64,000 bases of DNA from contig JABVCE010000041.1 in assembly GCA_014905635.1 (NCBI GenBank), positions 124,001 to 188,000 of the forward strand. The letters run 5' to 3'. The DNA comes from Scenedesmus sp. PABB004 (taxonomy: Eukaryota). The notes under the pieces are model-generated. The model was given only the letters and a program-made list of their open reading frames with translations. It searched no databases and was not told the DNA's origin. Positions 34,957 through 47,622 of this stretch are shown here, in pieces. The first letter of the stretch is position 1; every line of letters begins with the position of its first letter. The position numbers and the translations under genes are program-made.

Positions 34957-37900
34957 ATGGGGGGCATCAAGAATCGGGATGAGAAGCGCAAGGCGGCCAA
35001 GGTGTTCAGGTGCGCCGGCGTGCGCCCGCTGCTGCTGCCGCGCCGCCGTCCGCGGCTTCACAGGCCGCGCGACCAGCAGCCGGCACAGCCTGCCGCTGCT
35101 GCCGCCGCTGCCGCGGCTGCTGCCGCTTCCGCTGCGGCCGCTGGGACTGCGTCCTCGAGGCTCCCCGCTCCGCCACGCAGCTCCGGCGGCGGCGGCGGCG
35201 CCAAGGGCCCCGCGGTGCTCGACAAGCGCGGCACCGAGGAGAAGTGCCCGCACTGCGACCGCGTGTTCAAGCAGAACAACCGACTCAAGGAGCACGTGGC
35301 AAAGCACCATGCTGAGCTGGCGGCGCCCGAGCCGGCGCCCAGCGGCAAGCAGGTGAGGCGGGCGCGCTGCGCACGCCGCGCCCCGCGCTGTGGCGGCGCA
35401 GACTGCGCCAACCGTGCTGCCGCTCCGACCTGCCGCAGGCGAGCGCAGCCAGCACCAGCAGCAGCAGCAGCGCAGCAGCGGCGGCGCCCGCCACCCGGCC
35501 CAGCTCCGCCAGCAGCACGGCGGCAGGCAGCAGCACCGCCGCCAGGCCACCCGCGCCGAGGGCCGCGGTGGGTGCAGCGGCGGCTTGCGCAGCGGCCAGC
35601 GCTAGCGGCGCTGGCGCAGGCAGCGGCACGTTTGACGTGGGCAGCCGGGGCGGCTATTACACCGAGAAGTCGCCGAAGCTCATGCTGCACGAGTGGTGCG
35701 GCCAGGCGAAGCGGCCGCGGCCCAAGTACAAGGCGGTGCCGGTCGACGCGGCGCGGGGCGGCAAGGGCTGGCGTGGTGAGCGCCTCGTGCCGGGGCACGT
35801 GCGCGCCTCTGCCGGCCGGCGCTCCGCGCCGCGCGCACCTTGAAGCCGCGCCACGCGGCCTGGATGGTGACGGCCGCCGCCGCCTGCCGCGCGCGCAGCC
35901 CGCGTGGTGCTGCCCGACCCCAAGCTCCCCGGCAGCGACAGGGACCTGGTGGTGTGGCTCGACGCGGCGCACGCCGCGGAGGGCGAGGAGGAGGCGCTGC
36001 AGCGCGGGGCCGTGGCGGCGCTGCAGGTGCGGGGCGCGGCGCGCCTGCGCGCTCGCGCCGCGGTGCGCGTGCGAGCCCGGCCCGAGCCCAGTCCTGAGGG
36101 CACCCGCGCCGCCGTCGCGCCGCAGGCGGTCGCTGGCGACCGGGGACTGGACTACGTGCTCCCGCAGCGCTACCGGCAGCTCTGGCGCGACATGCAGCAC
36201 CAAGCCGAGGAGCGCGCAGAGCAGCAGCGGCGTGCGGCGGCCGCGGCCGCGGAGCGCCGCGCGCGCACGACGCGGCTGGCCTCGAGCGCGCGCGCGCCGG
36301 TGGCAGTGGTGATGTCGGAGCAGCAGCGCGCGGCGGTCGAGGGGCTCATGGCTGAGCTGGCGCTGAGCGAGCCGCCCCAGGGCGGCGCCGTGGCGGGCGG
36401 CGCGCCCGGCGGGGAGCCCGAGCACGACGCCGCTGCGGCGTCGGGCCTCGTGGACAGCCTCGTGCGGGCAGGCTTCAGCGCAGCCGACTCGGCGGCGGCG
36501 GTGCGCGCCGTGGGCACGCGCGCCGGCGCGGACGCCGCGGCCGACGCCGCGGCCGCGACCGCCGCTGCGGCGTCGGGCGGGCGCGGCATGACGCGCGTGC
36601 TGCGCGCGCACGACGGGCTGCAGCCCTACCTCGACTGGCTCTGCCTCAGCCTGCCCGTGGAGCGCCTGCCCGCGCGCTACCGCCCGGGCGGCAGCAGCGG
36701 CACCGTGGGCGTGCTGCGCGTGAAAAACCCTGGCGGCGGCAGCGGCGGCGGCGCGGCTGGCTGCGCGGCGGGCAGCACAGCGAGCGACGACAGCGACGGC
36801 GAGGACGCGTGGCAGCACGACCCGGCAGTGAGCGCGCTCGTGGCGTGGGGCTACCCCGCCGCCCACGCCATGGACGCGCTGCAGGCGCACAGCGGCCGCC
36901 TGCTGCCCGCGCTGTACAGCCTGCAGGCCAGCCTGGTGTCGGGCGCGGCGGCGGCGCCCAACGACAGCGACGGCTGCGCCTTTGCTGCGGGCGACGCCGG
37001 CGACGGCGTCGGCGCGGGCGCAGTGCCCGCGGCGTGGTGCGACGAGGTGGAGGTGCTGGCGGCCATTTACGGTGACGAGCTGGACGCCTCCGTGCCGGGG
37101 CGGCTCTCGCTGAGCGTGGATGGTGGCGAGCTGGTGCGGGACAGCCGCGGCCTGTACACAGCGCTGGCCACCTGCGGCCGCTGCCTGCGCCGAGCGCGCC
37201 CGCCCCTGCCGCCGCTCCCGCGCCGCGCAGGCGGGCGGCGGGGGGCTGCAGCTGCTGGTGTGGTGCCCCTGCGGCGGCAGGGCGTACCCGGACGCGGCGC
37301 CGCTGCTGGCGCTGGCGTGCGACCAGCTGGCGGGCGGGACGCTGCTGCACCTCACCGCGGGCCTGGCGCGCGAGGCGCAGGGCCTGGTGGGGGAGGCGAT
37401 GATCCACGAGCTCGCGGTGCGCCTTGCCGAGCTCCTGGAGGCCGCCGGCGACGGCAGCGGCCTGCCCACAGCGCTGCCGCCGCCCTTTGACGCTGCGCCT
37501 GGCGGAGCCGAGGGCGGCGCCGAGGGCGACGCCGAGGGCGGCGCCGAGGGTGGCGACGGCTACAGCGACGAAGCGGCGGTGCACGCCGCGGCCGCGGAGG
37601 CGCTGCTGGCAGACGCGGGCAGCGGCGGCGCGGGCGAGCGCGGCTCCAGCGGCCGGGCGCGCCGGCCGCGCGCGCGGCAGCACGCGGCGGCGTTGCCGCC
37701 GGAGCAGGCGGCTGCGGAGGCGCGCCGGCTGCGGGAGCACTTTGAGCGGCTGCAGGTCGCGCCGGGGCACGCCGGCATGCGCGCCGCGCGCGCGCGCCTG
37801 CCCGCGGCGGCCTGCCGCGCCGAGGTGCTGGCCGCCGTGGCGGCGCACGCCGTCGTCGTCATCAGCGGCGCGACGGGCTGCGGCAAGTCGACGCAGGCGC

Positions 37901-40900
37901 GGCGCGCGCGCGCGGCGGGCGCCCCTGCTGGCGCGCGCCGCGCCGCCACGCAAGCGTAGCGTCTCACGCGCGCCACCCTCGGGCGCGTGGCCCCCCCCCC
38001 CTGCCCCCCGGCGCGCGCCGGGTCAGGTGCCGCAGTACCTGCTGGAGGCGGGCGCCGCGGGGGGCGGGCCGCCGCCCTACGTCATCGTCGCCCAGCCGCG
38101 CCGCATCGCCGCGGTGGGCCTCGCCACGCGCGTCGCGGACGAGGTCGGCGACGCGGCGGGCCCGGGCGGGCTGGTGGGGTACAGCGTGCGACTCGACACG
38201 CGCGCGGGGCCGCGCACGCGCCTGCTCTTCTGCACCACCGGCGTGCTGCTGCGCCGCCTGGTGGCCGACCCGGAGCTGGCAGGTGCGCGGCGCGCGCCGG
38301 GCCGCGGCTCGAGCATGGGGTTGGGCGCTGCTTGACGCTGCATCGCCACGCGGCTGCGCTGCGCTGCGCTGCGCTGCGCGCGGGCGGTCAGCCGACCAGC
38401 TGACGAGCGCGCGGCGTGCGGTGCCGCCGCCCCTCCGCGCGCCAGGCGTGAGCCACGTCGTGCTTGACGAGGTCCACGAGCGCAACCTGGACAGCGACCT
38501 GCTGCTGCTGCTGCTGCGCCGCGCGCTGCTGCAGCCGCGGCGCGCCGGCGGCCCGCCGCCGCCCAAGGTGCTGCTGATGTCCGCCACCGCGGAGGCGGAG
38601 CTGTTCGGGCAGTACTTCAGCGCGCCGGGGCGCGGCGCGCTGCTGCAGGGCGGGCCGCAGAGCGCGCGGAGCGCGCCGCCGCGCGCGCTGGGCGTGGCGC
38701 TGCTGAGCATCCCGGGGTTCACCCACCCCGTGCGGCAGCTGTGGCTGGAGGACGCGCTCGCCGCCACCGGCATCGTCGTCGGCCGGCAGAGCAAGTGCGC
38801 GGCCCGGCGCGCCGGCCGCGGGCAGCAGGCCAGCGGGCAACGCCTGCTGCCCCCGCCCCATCTCAAACCCCTGCCCCGCCTGTGCGCGCGCGCAGGTACG
38901 CGAAGAAGCGGCGAGCCAAGGGCGGCGGCCCGTCGGCGCGCGGCGGCGGCGACGACAGCGACGGCGATGACGACGACGGCTCTGCGTATGAGGGCCTGGG
39001 CGAGCTGGAGGGTGAGGGCCGCGACGACAGCGACGCGGCGGTTGCGGGCCCGCAGCAGCCGCAGCGCCAGCGCCCGCAGGCGGCGGCGGCGCAGCGCGGC
39101 CGGCCGCAGCCCGGGGGCCGCGCGCCGCCGCAGCCGCAGAAGCAGCAGCAGCAGGCGCAGCGGGCGCCCCAGCCGGGCGGCGGGCGCGGCGGCGCGCTGG
39201 CGGAGCTCGGCGCCGACGCGCCGGCGGGGGTGTACAGCGAGGAGGTGGGGCGCAGCCTGGCGCTGGTTGACCCGGCGCTGATCCACTATGAGCTCATCGA
39301 GGCCCTGGTCGCGACACTCGCGGCGACGCAGCGCGCGCACGGCCCCGCGGGACTGCTCAAGGCGCGGCGCGCGCCGCGCTGCACGCCGCGCCTGCTGCCC
39401 TCGCCGCTGGGCTGGGGGCGCCCGCCGCTCGCTCACCCGCGCGCCGCGGCCGCCGCGCGCTGCGCGCCGCGCCGCGCGCAGGGCTGGGCCGGCGCGCCGC
39501 CGGGCGCGGTCGAGGACGCCGCGGCGGAGGGCCAGGGCGGGGCCCTGGGCGCGGTGCTGGTGTTCATGCCTGGCGCGCCTGAGATTGACCGCCTCGTGCG
39601 CCTGCTGGCGGCCAGCCCGCGCCTCGCGGCCGCGGCGGGGCACGGCGGCGTGCGCGTGCTGCCGCTGCACGGCGGGCTGCCGGCGGGCGTGCAGGCGCGC
39701 GTGTTTGAGCGCCCGCCGCCGGGCGTGCTCAAGGTCGTGGTCGCCACCAACGTCGCGGAGACGAGCCTCACCATTGACGACGTCACGGTCGTCATTGACA
39801 CCGGCCGGCACAAGGAGATGAGGCGAGCGGGACACGCCGCCGCACCCGCGAGGGAGACGGGAGGGGGGAAGGCAGGGAAGGGGCGCCCCGCGCGTGGCTC
39901 GCCGGCGCGGCCCCCGCGCGCCACCTCCTGGCGCGGCCGTCGCTCGGCGCGGACCCGCGCGACCCTGACCTGCGCCGCCCTCCGCCGCGCCGCAGCTACG
40001 ACCCGTCGCGGGGGCTGAGCCGCCTGGAGGAGACGTGGGTCAGCCAGGCCGCGGCGGCGCAGCGCCGCGGCCGTGCGGGGCGCGTGGCGCCGGGCAGCTG
40101 CTACCGCCTCTGGCCGGCGCGCATGTGGGGCCGCCTGGCGGCGCAGCAGTCGCCCGAGGTGCTGCGCGTGCCGCTCGCGCAGCTCTGCCTCACCGCCAAG
40201 GCGGCGCTGGACGCGGCGGCGGAGGCCGAGGGCGCGCCGCCGCCGGCGCTGAGCGACGCGCTGTCGGCCCTGCTCACGCCGCCCGCGCCCGACGCGGTGG
40301 CGGAGGCGCTCGGCGGCCTCGCCCAGCTGGGCGCGCTGGCGCCGGACGCCGCCGGGGGCGGCGAGGACCTGACGCCGCTGGGCAAGCACCTCGCCGCGAT
40401 GCCCATGGACGCCGCGCTGGGCAAGGCGCTGCTGCACGGCTGCATGCTGCGGTGCGGCGGGGCAGGGGGTGGGGTGCGGTGGGGGGCGCTGCCCGCCAGC
40501 GCGGCATCGCCCGCACCTGGCGCGCGCGCGCGCGCGCTCGCTGATTGCAGCGCCGCCGCACCCGTCCCTGCCCTCCCCGCAGGTGCGCCAGCCCGCTGCT
40601 CACCATCGCCGCCGCGCTGGGCCACGGCCGCCCCATGTGGGTCAACCCGCCGCCCGACAAGCGGTCCGAGGCCAACGCGGCGCGCCGGGCCCTTGCGCCG
40701 CAGGTGCGGCGGCGCTGCAGAGCCGCGCCGCGCCGCGCCGCGCCCGCTGAGCGCTGCCGCCGCGCCGCAGGCCTACGCGCAGCGCAGCGACCACCTCGCG
40801 CTCGTGGCGGCGTTTGACGGCTGGTCTGCCGCGCGCGCGGCCGGCGGGCGCGGCGCGGGGCGGGAGTTTGCGCAGGCCAACTTTGTGTCGGAGCAGGTGG

Positions 40901-42000
40901 GCCAGCGGCGCGCGGGGCGGGCGGGCGGGCGAGCGGGCGGGCGGGCGGGCGGGGCCCACACCCTGTGGGCCGCCTCGCTACCGCCACCGCGCGCTCACCT
41001 CGACCCCCCCCCACACACACACACACCCTCCCTGCCCCCTCGGCAGGTGCTGGAGGCCATCGCCAAGGGCCGCCTGGACTACGCCGCCACGCTGGCGGGG
41101 CGCGGCTTCCTGCCCGACTGGTACGTCGACCACCTGCGCGCGCGCCAGCAGGGCGGCCCGTCGCGCGACGACGCCGCCGCGGGCGCGCCGCCGGGCGCGG
41201 CGTCGTACGGCCGCGCCGCGGTGGCGCGGGGCGCGCCGGACGAGTTCAGCCACAACGCGCGCATCGTCAAGGCCGCCCTCGCCGCGGGTGCGCCGGGTCA
41301 ATCGGAGGGAGCGGGGCAGCCGCCGCGCTGGCGTCGCGGCACGCGCTTGGTATCGCCGCACGCGCTGGCGTCGCCGCACGCGCTGCTTGCCGCCTGCTCA
41401 CCCCCCCCCCCCCCCCCCCAGGCTTCTACCCGCGCGTGCTGCGCGTCGAGGCGCCGGTCAAGTACACGCAGGTCGCGGGCGGCGCGGCGCGCGTGGAGGC
41501 GGACCCGGGGTCGATCAAGCTCTTTGAGCGCGCCCTCGGCCGCGTGTGGGTGCACCCCGCGAGCGTGTGCTTCACCGCGGGCAGCTACAGCTCGGGTGCG
41601 CGGCGCGCAGGCGCCGTGCGCGGCGCCGTGCGCGGCGCTGTTCGCGCCGGCGAGGCCGCCTCCGACCCATCCCCCCTTGACCCCGCGGCGCGCAGGCTGG
41701 CTGGTGTACTCGCAGCTCGTGGAGACGAGCCGCGCGTTTGCGCGCGAGGTGAGCATGGTCCCGGTGTGGTCGCTGCTCGCGTTTGGCGGGGAGCTGGAGG
41801 TGCTGCACGACCAGGGCCTGCTGCTGCTGGACGGGTGGGCCAAGTTCAAGGCGCCCGCGCGCGTCGGCGTGCTCATCAAGCACCTGCGCGCCGCGGTCGC
41901 CTCGCTGCTGGCGGCCAAGGTCGCCGACCCCAGCCTCGACCTCGCGGGGCAGCGCGTGGTCGAGGCCTTGCACGCCCTGCTCGCAACGGACGGCTTCTGA
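34957..42000 (+). CDS. DEAH/RHA-family RNA helicase (DHX57/DHX29-like) with N-terminal C2H2 finger and dsRBD-, UBA- and RWD-like regions
   Basis: CPHCDRVFKQNNRLKEHVAKHH; GATGCGKSTQ|VPQY; QPRRIAAVGLA; FCTTGVLLRRL; DEVHER; MSAT; ATNVAETSLTIDDV; QRRGRAGR; LTPLGKHLAAMP; VWVHPASV; TGA ends at 42000. Confidence 0.92.
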
Positions 42001-43939
42001 GCGCGCGCGGAGGTGCGGGCGCGGGTGCCCAGGAGCAACCGCTCGGTTGCAGGGCGCGGCCGCAGCGCCGCCTGGCCGGCGCGCCGGTGGTCTTGCTCAC
42101 CCGCCCCCCCCCCCCCCCCCCGCGCAGGTGCAACTCTGGCCACCACACCGGCCGCGCCAGCCGCCCGCCTCGCGCGCTGCCGCTCAGCCAAAGAACGGGT
42201 GCGCCTGGCCGCCACCGCCGCCGAGCTGGATGTTGGTCTGCTTCACCTGCGTGTTGACCGTCACCGGCTGGGCCGCCACGACGGGCTGCGCGGCCACGAC
42301 GGGCTGCGCGGCGACGACCGGCTGCGCGGCCACGACCGGCTGGGCCGCCACGACCGGCTGCGCGGCCACGACCGGCTGGGCCGCCACGACCGGCTGCGCG
42401 GCCACGACCGGCTGCGCGGCGACGACCGGCTGCGCGGCCACGACCGGCTGGGCCGCCACGACCTGCTGCTGCGCGGGGGGCGTGATGATGATGATCGGCG
42501 CCGGCGCGGGTGCCGGCGCGGGCGCGGGCGCGTGGAACTTCCTGCGAGCGGCGGGCGAACGCTCTCGGTCGGCGCCGTCGCTGCGCTGCAATGCGCCGCC
42601 GCCGCCGCTGCGGGCCCTCGGCGGGCGCGCCGGCGCTGGTGTGAGCCCTCCCCATGCCCCGCTCACTCCCAGAGCCCGCCGAGCAGCCGGCGGGGCACCG
42701 GCGCCTCGCCGGCAGCGCCAAAGCGCGCGGCGCCCGCGGCGGCGCCGTGGGCCCCCGCCAGCGCCAGCAGCGCCACGAGGGCGCGGATTGCGGAGCGAGA
42801 GGCCATCGCAGCGCGGGCGGGGCTCGCGACGTGGACTGCGGGCCGCGGCGGGTCGGGCGGTCGCTGGCGGCGGGTGCGAAACGGCGGGCGGCGCTGCGCG
42901 CGTGGGCGGTGGGCAGCAGTGTGCGGCTGCCAAAGCGCCCCGGGGGCTGCTCCCTTTGCGCTCAGCCCGCGGCGGCGGCAGGTGGCGCGCGTGAACCGCT
43001 TCGCTCAGCCCCGGCGCCCGGCGAGGTGGGCGCGGCCCTTAAACTCGCGGCGCTTGCGCTGCGGCTGCTGCGTGCAGTCGGTTGCAAGGCCGCGCGGCGC
43101 ACCGCGCCGAGCCGGCCCACACCGCACGCAGTCAGGCTCAGTCGACGGCGCGGGAGCGGCCGCCGCACTCTCGCGCCAATGTCGCGACCGCTCAGGCAAT
43201 GTGTGCGGCAAGCGCGCGGGTCTGGCGCGTGCCGCCACAGCGCTGCCGCCAAGCCAGGCGAGCCGGGGCCTCCCAGCTTGGCAGCCGGCACCCTCGAGGG
43301 TGCCGGACACTCGCCCGCGCGCCGCGGATGCAACGGCCTGCTCGGGGCGCGCAAGCTGCGGTATGCGACGCAGTCAGGCTGCAACAAGAACAACACACGC
43401 GCACAAGCCAGGCGGCGGGCCGAGCAAGGCCCGTTGCCCTGCGGTGGGCGGCCCGGGCAGCGCCGGCCCTAACCAGCTGGCGCTGCGCGGCAGAGGCGTG
43501 CAGCGGCGCCGGCAGCGCGTGCAAGCAGCCTCGCACAGAGGCCGGATGCGCGCCATGCGCGAGGCGACCCAGAGTCACCTGGGCCAGATGACTGCGCGGC
43601 GCGCAGCGATACACAGAGCAGCAGTCAGGCGCAGGGGTGCTTTTCAGCTGTGGTGTAACTATCTTTGTCTTTTCAGCGCCGCGCCGCGCGCGCGGGCAGC
43701 CCAAGGCAGTCCATTGGCAACAAAGACAGCACTGCTCAGCAGGAGGGGGGAGGGTGCAGCACAAGGTGCCGCGAGGGAAGAGGCGCATGACGGAGCAGCA
43801 CGACCGAGCAAAGCAGCACGCAAGGCAGAGCCTCAAACAAAGGAATAGTACTCTCGCCGCCGGCGCCTGCTGCGCGCCGGCGCGGCCGCCCCGCCCCGGG
43901 GGCTGACGCGCGCGGCCGCGAGCAGGCGGCGGAAGATGA
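41673..43939. repeat. Inverted duplicate, left arm; partner 61741-64000
   Basis: Its reverse complement matches 61741-64000 with scattered SNPs and indels. Confidence 0.95.
42184..42806 (-). CDS. Small secreted precursor: signal peptide, RRLL, (AP)n, (VVAAQP)11, ending AHPFFG*; 2 exons; copy 1
   Basis: MASRSAIRALVALLALAGAHG...PRRLLGGLWE|KFHAPAPAP...; one GT-AG intron restores the frame; 18-bp coding repeat. Confidence 0.8.
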
Positions 43940-46900
43940 AGCCGCTCCGCTTCCAGAGGCCCATGGCCTTCATGACGTCGAGCTTGTTGGCCGCCGTCTT
44001 GACGCCCCCGCTGCGCGTGCGGCAGTGCGCGACGACGGCGTCCCACATCGTCTCCGGGTCGCACTCGCGCTGGTACTCGCGCGTGGGCAGGAAGAGCACG
44101 CGCATGGGGCTGGGCGCGGTCGTGAGCTTGCGCGCCTCGATCGCGACGTCGCGGCCAGCGCCGCTGGCGCCCGAGGCGTTGGTCCCCAGGTTTGCCTGCG
44201 CGGCGGGCACACGCGCGTGGGCGCGCGGGTGGCTGGCGGGCTGGCAGGGCTGCTATGGCGCCCAGCGCGGCTGGGCGCCGTGGGAGGCGTGCTGTCAGTT
44301 GCTGCCGGGGGGCCGCGCGCCGCGCTCACCATGACCAGCTGGTGGTTGATGGCCTGCTGGTCGTCAAACTTGATGTGCAACTTGCGCTGCATGTGGCTGA
44401 GCATGTGGCGCAACACGGAGCAGGTGTTGTCAGTGGCGTTGATGAAGGCGAGGCCCATGCACCCTGCGGCGCAGCGGGGCGCCGGCGGCGGGGGTGGTGT
44501 GGGTGGTGTGGGCGGTGATGCGTGGGCAGAGCGCCCTTGCAGATGCGGGCGCGGCCAGCCACCGCAGGTGCGGCCACGGCCTGCAGCGATCGCCGCGGGT
44601 GGGCGGCCGGCGGGCGCCGCGGCTGGCGAGCGCGGGCGCGGGTGCGTGGGCGCGTGGGTGCGCGCACCCGCTGCGTTGAAGAGGTCGTACGTCTCGTGCG
44701 GGAAGGTGCCCTGGCTGAAGACCATGTCGTAGCCCGCGGCCTGGCCCTGCACGCGCGCCTCGACGTCGGTGAAGGCGTCCTTGAACCAGATGGCGTCCAC
44801 GTCGCTCAGCATCACGGGGATGCCCGCGCTCACAATCTCATACAGCACACGCGTGCGCTCAAGCCACACGCTGCGCGGCGGCAGGCGGGCGCGCCAGGTC
44901 AGCCACGGGCGCGGCTGCTGCGGCACGGCTGCCGTTGAGCCCTGCGGGGCTGCTGCGCCCTCGCCGCGCACCGCTGCACCGGCTGAAGCGCCCTGGCCGC
45001 CGCTGCTGCTCTGCAGCCAGGCTGCCCTGGCTGAGCCGCCGTCCGCGGCGCCGCGCCCGGCGCGCGCGCGCTGGTCGGCGCACCTGTACTTGACCTCGTG
45101 GCGTTGGCTGTCGATGATCGCCCACGCTGGCGGCTGCAGGCCGGGCATGTCGAACACCGCGGGCCCCCGCCCGCGCACGATGCCCTTGACCGCCTGCACG
45201 CTCTCGCCCTTGGTCACGACCAGCACGCGCGAGAGGTCGACGTGGATGGCCTCCAGCCAGGCCAGCCAGTTCTGCAGCACCGCCTCGTAGCCGTTGCTGA
45301 CCTCAGTCACGATGATGGGCTGCACCTTGCCGCTCGCGGTCGACACCTGGATGGCCAGGTCGCGCAGCTGACCCATCACGTCCGGCGCCTCCAGCCACAA
45401 CGGCATCACTGCAGCAGCGCGTGGCGCGGGCGCGCAGCAGCGCGTGGCGCGGGCGCGCAGCGGCGCGCACGCACTGAGCAGGGCGCATGGCAGACCTGAC
45501 CTGACCGCTGGTGCAGCCCACGCCGTCCAGCCTCTGCCCCCCCCCCTCCCGCAAGCAGGCGCAGCACGCGTGCCCCGCACCGAGGCCGGTCTCCGAGCGG
45601 TAGTCAAACGCCTCCAGCGCGTTGGTGATCTCCCTGTCAATGCTGCGGATGGCCTGCGCCAGCGCCGGGTCCGGGCCGAGCCACGCGCTCTGCAGCAGCG
45701 GCAGCCCCGGGCAGCAGCTCAGCGGAGCGGGGCGCGAGCGAGCCGCGGCAGGCTGGGCACCGCGGGGCGCGCGCGGTCCGCCGCCGTGCCAGCCTCCGCC
45801 GCCGCGCCAGCCTCGCCGCACCCCACCTGCCAGCGGTTGACCTCACACTTGTTGACGTCGATGGCGCTGGCCGCCCGGCTGACGGCGGCTTCGTCGTAGG
45901 GGATGCCGGCGTTGATGAAGAGCGTGCGGATGGCGCCGTGGATGGTGCTCGCGTCACAAAAGTCCTCCAAGCTGCGCCCGCAGGCGCGCGGCGTCAGACA
46001 TCTCCACATGGGGCCGCCGGTTGCTGTGTGGCCGGCGCTGGCTGCGCCCAGGCTGTGCCGCACTCACCGCGTGATCGAGTAGCGCCCGCTCACGCCCAGG
46101 CCGTTGCTCGTTGCCCACTTCTTGGCGTTCATGTTGACCGCCGCCCACGTTTCAGCCGCCGCTCGTGAAAAGTTGGATGTGTGCAGCTCCGTGTCAGCGT
46201 ACTCGTCTCCTGTGCGAGCGGCGGTGGCTGGGCGCCTGCGCCAGCTGCGCCCGCGGCCGGCCGTGGCAGCTGCGGCAGCCGCGCCCTCACCTGTCAGGGT
46301 CTGGATGTAGTGCCGCTGGAACGGCATCGTCGTGCGCAGGTTGGTGCTGTTGAGGTTGCTGAGCGCCACGTCGCGCCCGTCACGCACTTGGTGGACGACG
46401 TGAAGGTTGGGGAACACCTGCCGGGAGGCGTGCGGCTCAGCGCGGCAGCACGCACAGCTCCTAAACCCTGCCGCACGCACGCACCTCCACCAGGAACGGC
46501 AGCGTGAAGATGGCCTGCGGCTCCTTCCACGCCCACACGGTCACGTCGTCCGGCACCGCCGCCAGCATCTCTTCGGCGGCCTGCGGTGCGGCGGCGGGCA
46601 GCACCTCGCACCGCGCGCACATGCGCTCGCTGCCGTTGGCCGCCAGGACGCCCGCGCGCGTGCGCCAACCGCGCCGCCCACCTGCTTGTGTCCCCGCAGC
46701 AGCTGCCGGCGCACGCCGTCCGACAGGTCGGACAGCCGGTAGCCCGCGGGCGAGCGCCGCGTCTCCCAGATCAGCCCCTCCTCGGTGCCTGCGGGCGCGC
46801 CGCGCGTCGGCTGCTGAGCATGGGCACGGTCAAGGCGCCGCCGCCTCTGGCGCCGCCCGAGCCTGCTCCTGGCGCCGCCCAAGCCTGCTGGCGCCGCCCG

Positions 46901-47301
46901 CTGCCGCTGCTGCCACCGCTGCCCAGCCGCTGCTGTGGCGCTGCCCGGGCAGCGCGCGCCTGGCAGTCCGAACGCTGCCGTGTTCTTCACGTTGTCGATG
47001 AAGATGCGTGAATCAAACTCCTCGTTGGTGTCGGGATGCATCCACACGCCCGCCGCCTCCAGCAGCCGGTGCACCGTGCGCGTGCCCGAGCCTGCGCTCG
47101 CCGGGACGGCGGTGACCCTCGCGCGCCGCTCACGCTGCGCGCCGCGCAGCGCCCCTGGCGCGCGGGCAGTACCCCGAGACTCTCGTCACCTGCGGTGCCT
47201 ACGATGACAACCACGCGCTTGTCCGCTTTGCCGCCTGGGGCCGCCGCCGCCGCTGCGGCCGCGAGCAGCAGCGCGCCCGCCAGCGCGCCCCAGCGCGCCA
47301 T
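43833..47301 (-). CDS. Secretory-pathway sulfotransferase fused to a nucleotide-diphospho-sugar transferase (GT77-like)
   Basis: Signal or anchor, then VIVGTA|GSGT (5'-PSB loop), WAWKEP, VRDGRDVALS (3'-PB). C-terminal half SNGYEAVLQNWL, ERTRVLYEIV..G..VMLSDVDAIWFKD (DxD), CMGLAFI, DDQQAIN, AHC, K...MK..GLW. Confidence 0.78.
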
Positions 47302-47622
47302 CGGCCTGCGCGCCGGCCTCAGCTACGCATGGCTGAACCACGCCGTTACCGCATGCTGGCGCAGCGCCGCGTTGCGCGCACGCGAGCGCGGCCGCGTTTG
47401 CGCGAATGCGTTTGCGGCGGTCGAGCGCAGCGGGCAGCGCGCCGGGGCTAGGTGAAGAGATGTCGAAGCTATGACGGTGAGCGGAATGCGGTGAGGCTGC
47501 AGCCAGGAGCTCGCGGCCTTCGCTGGCAGCCGGGCGGCCGCGCCCGCGCCGTCTTCGGCGCGGCGGCCGCGTGGGCGGCGCGGGCCACGCGTGGGGCGCC
47601 GGCAGCTGCCAGGCACGTCGCT

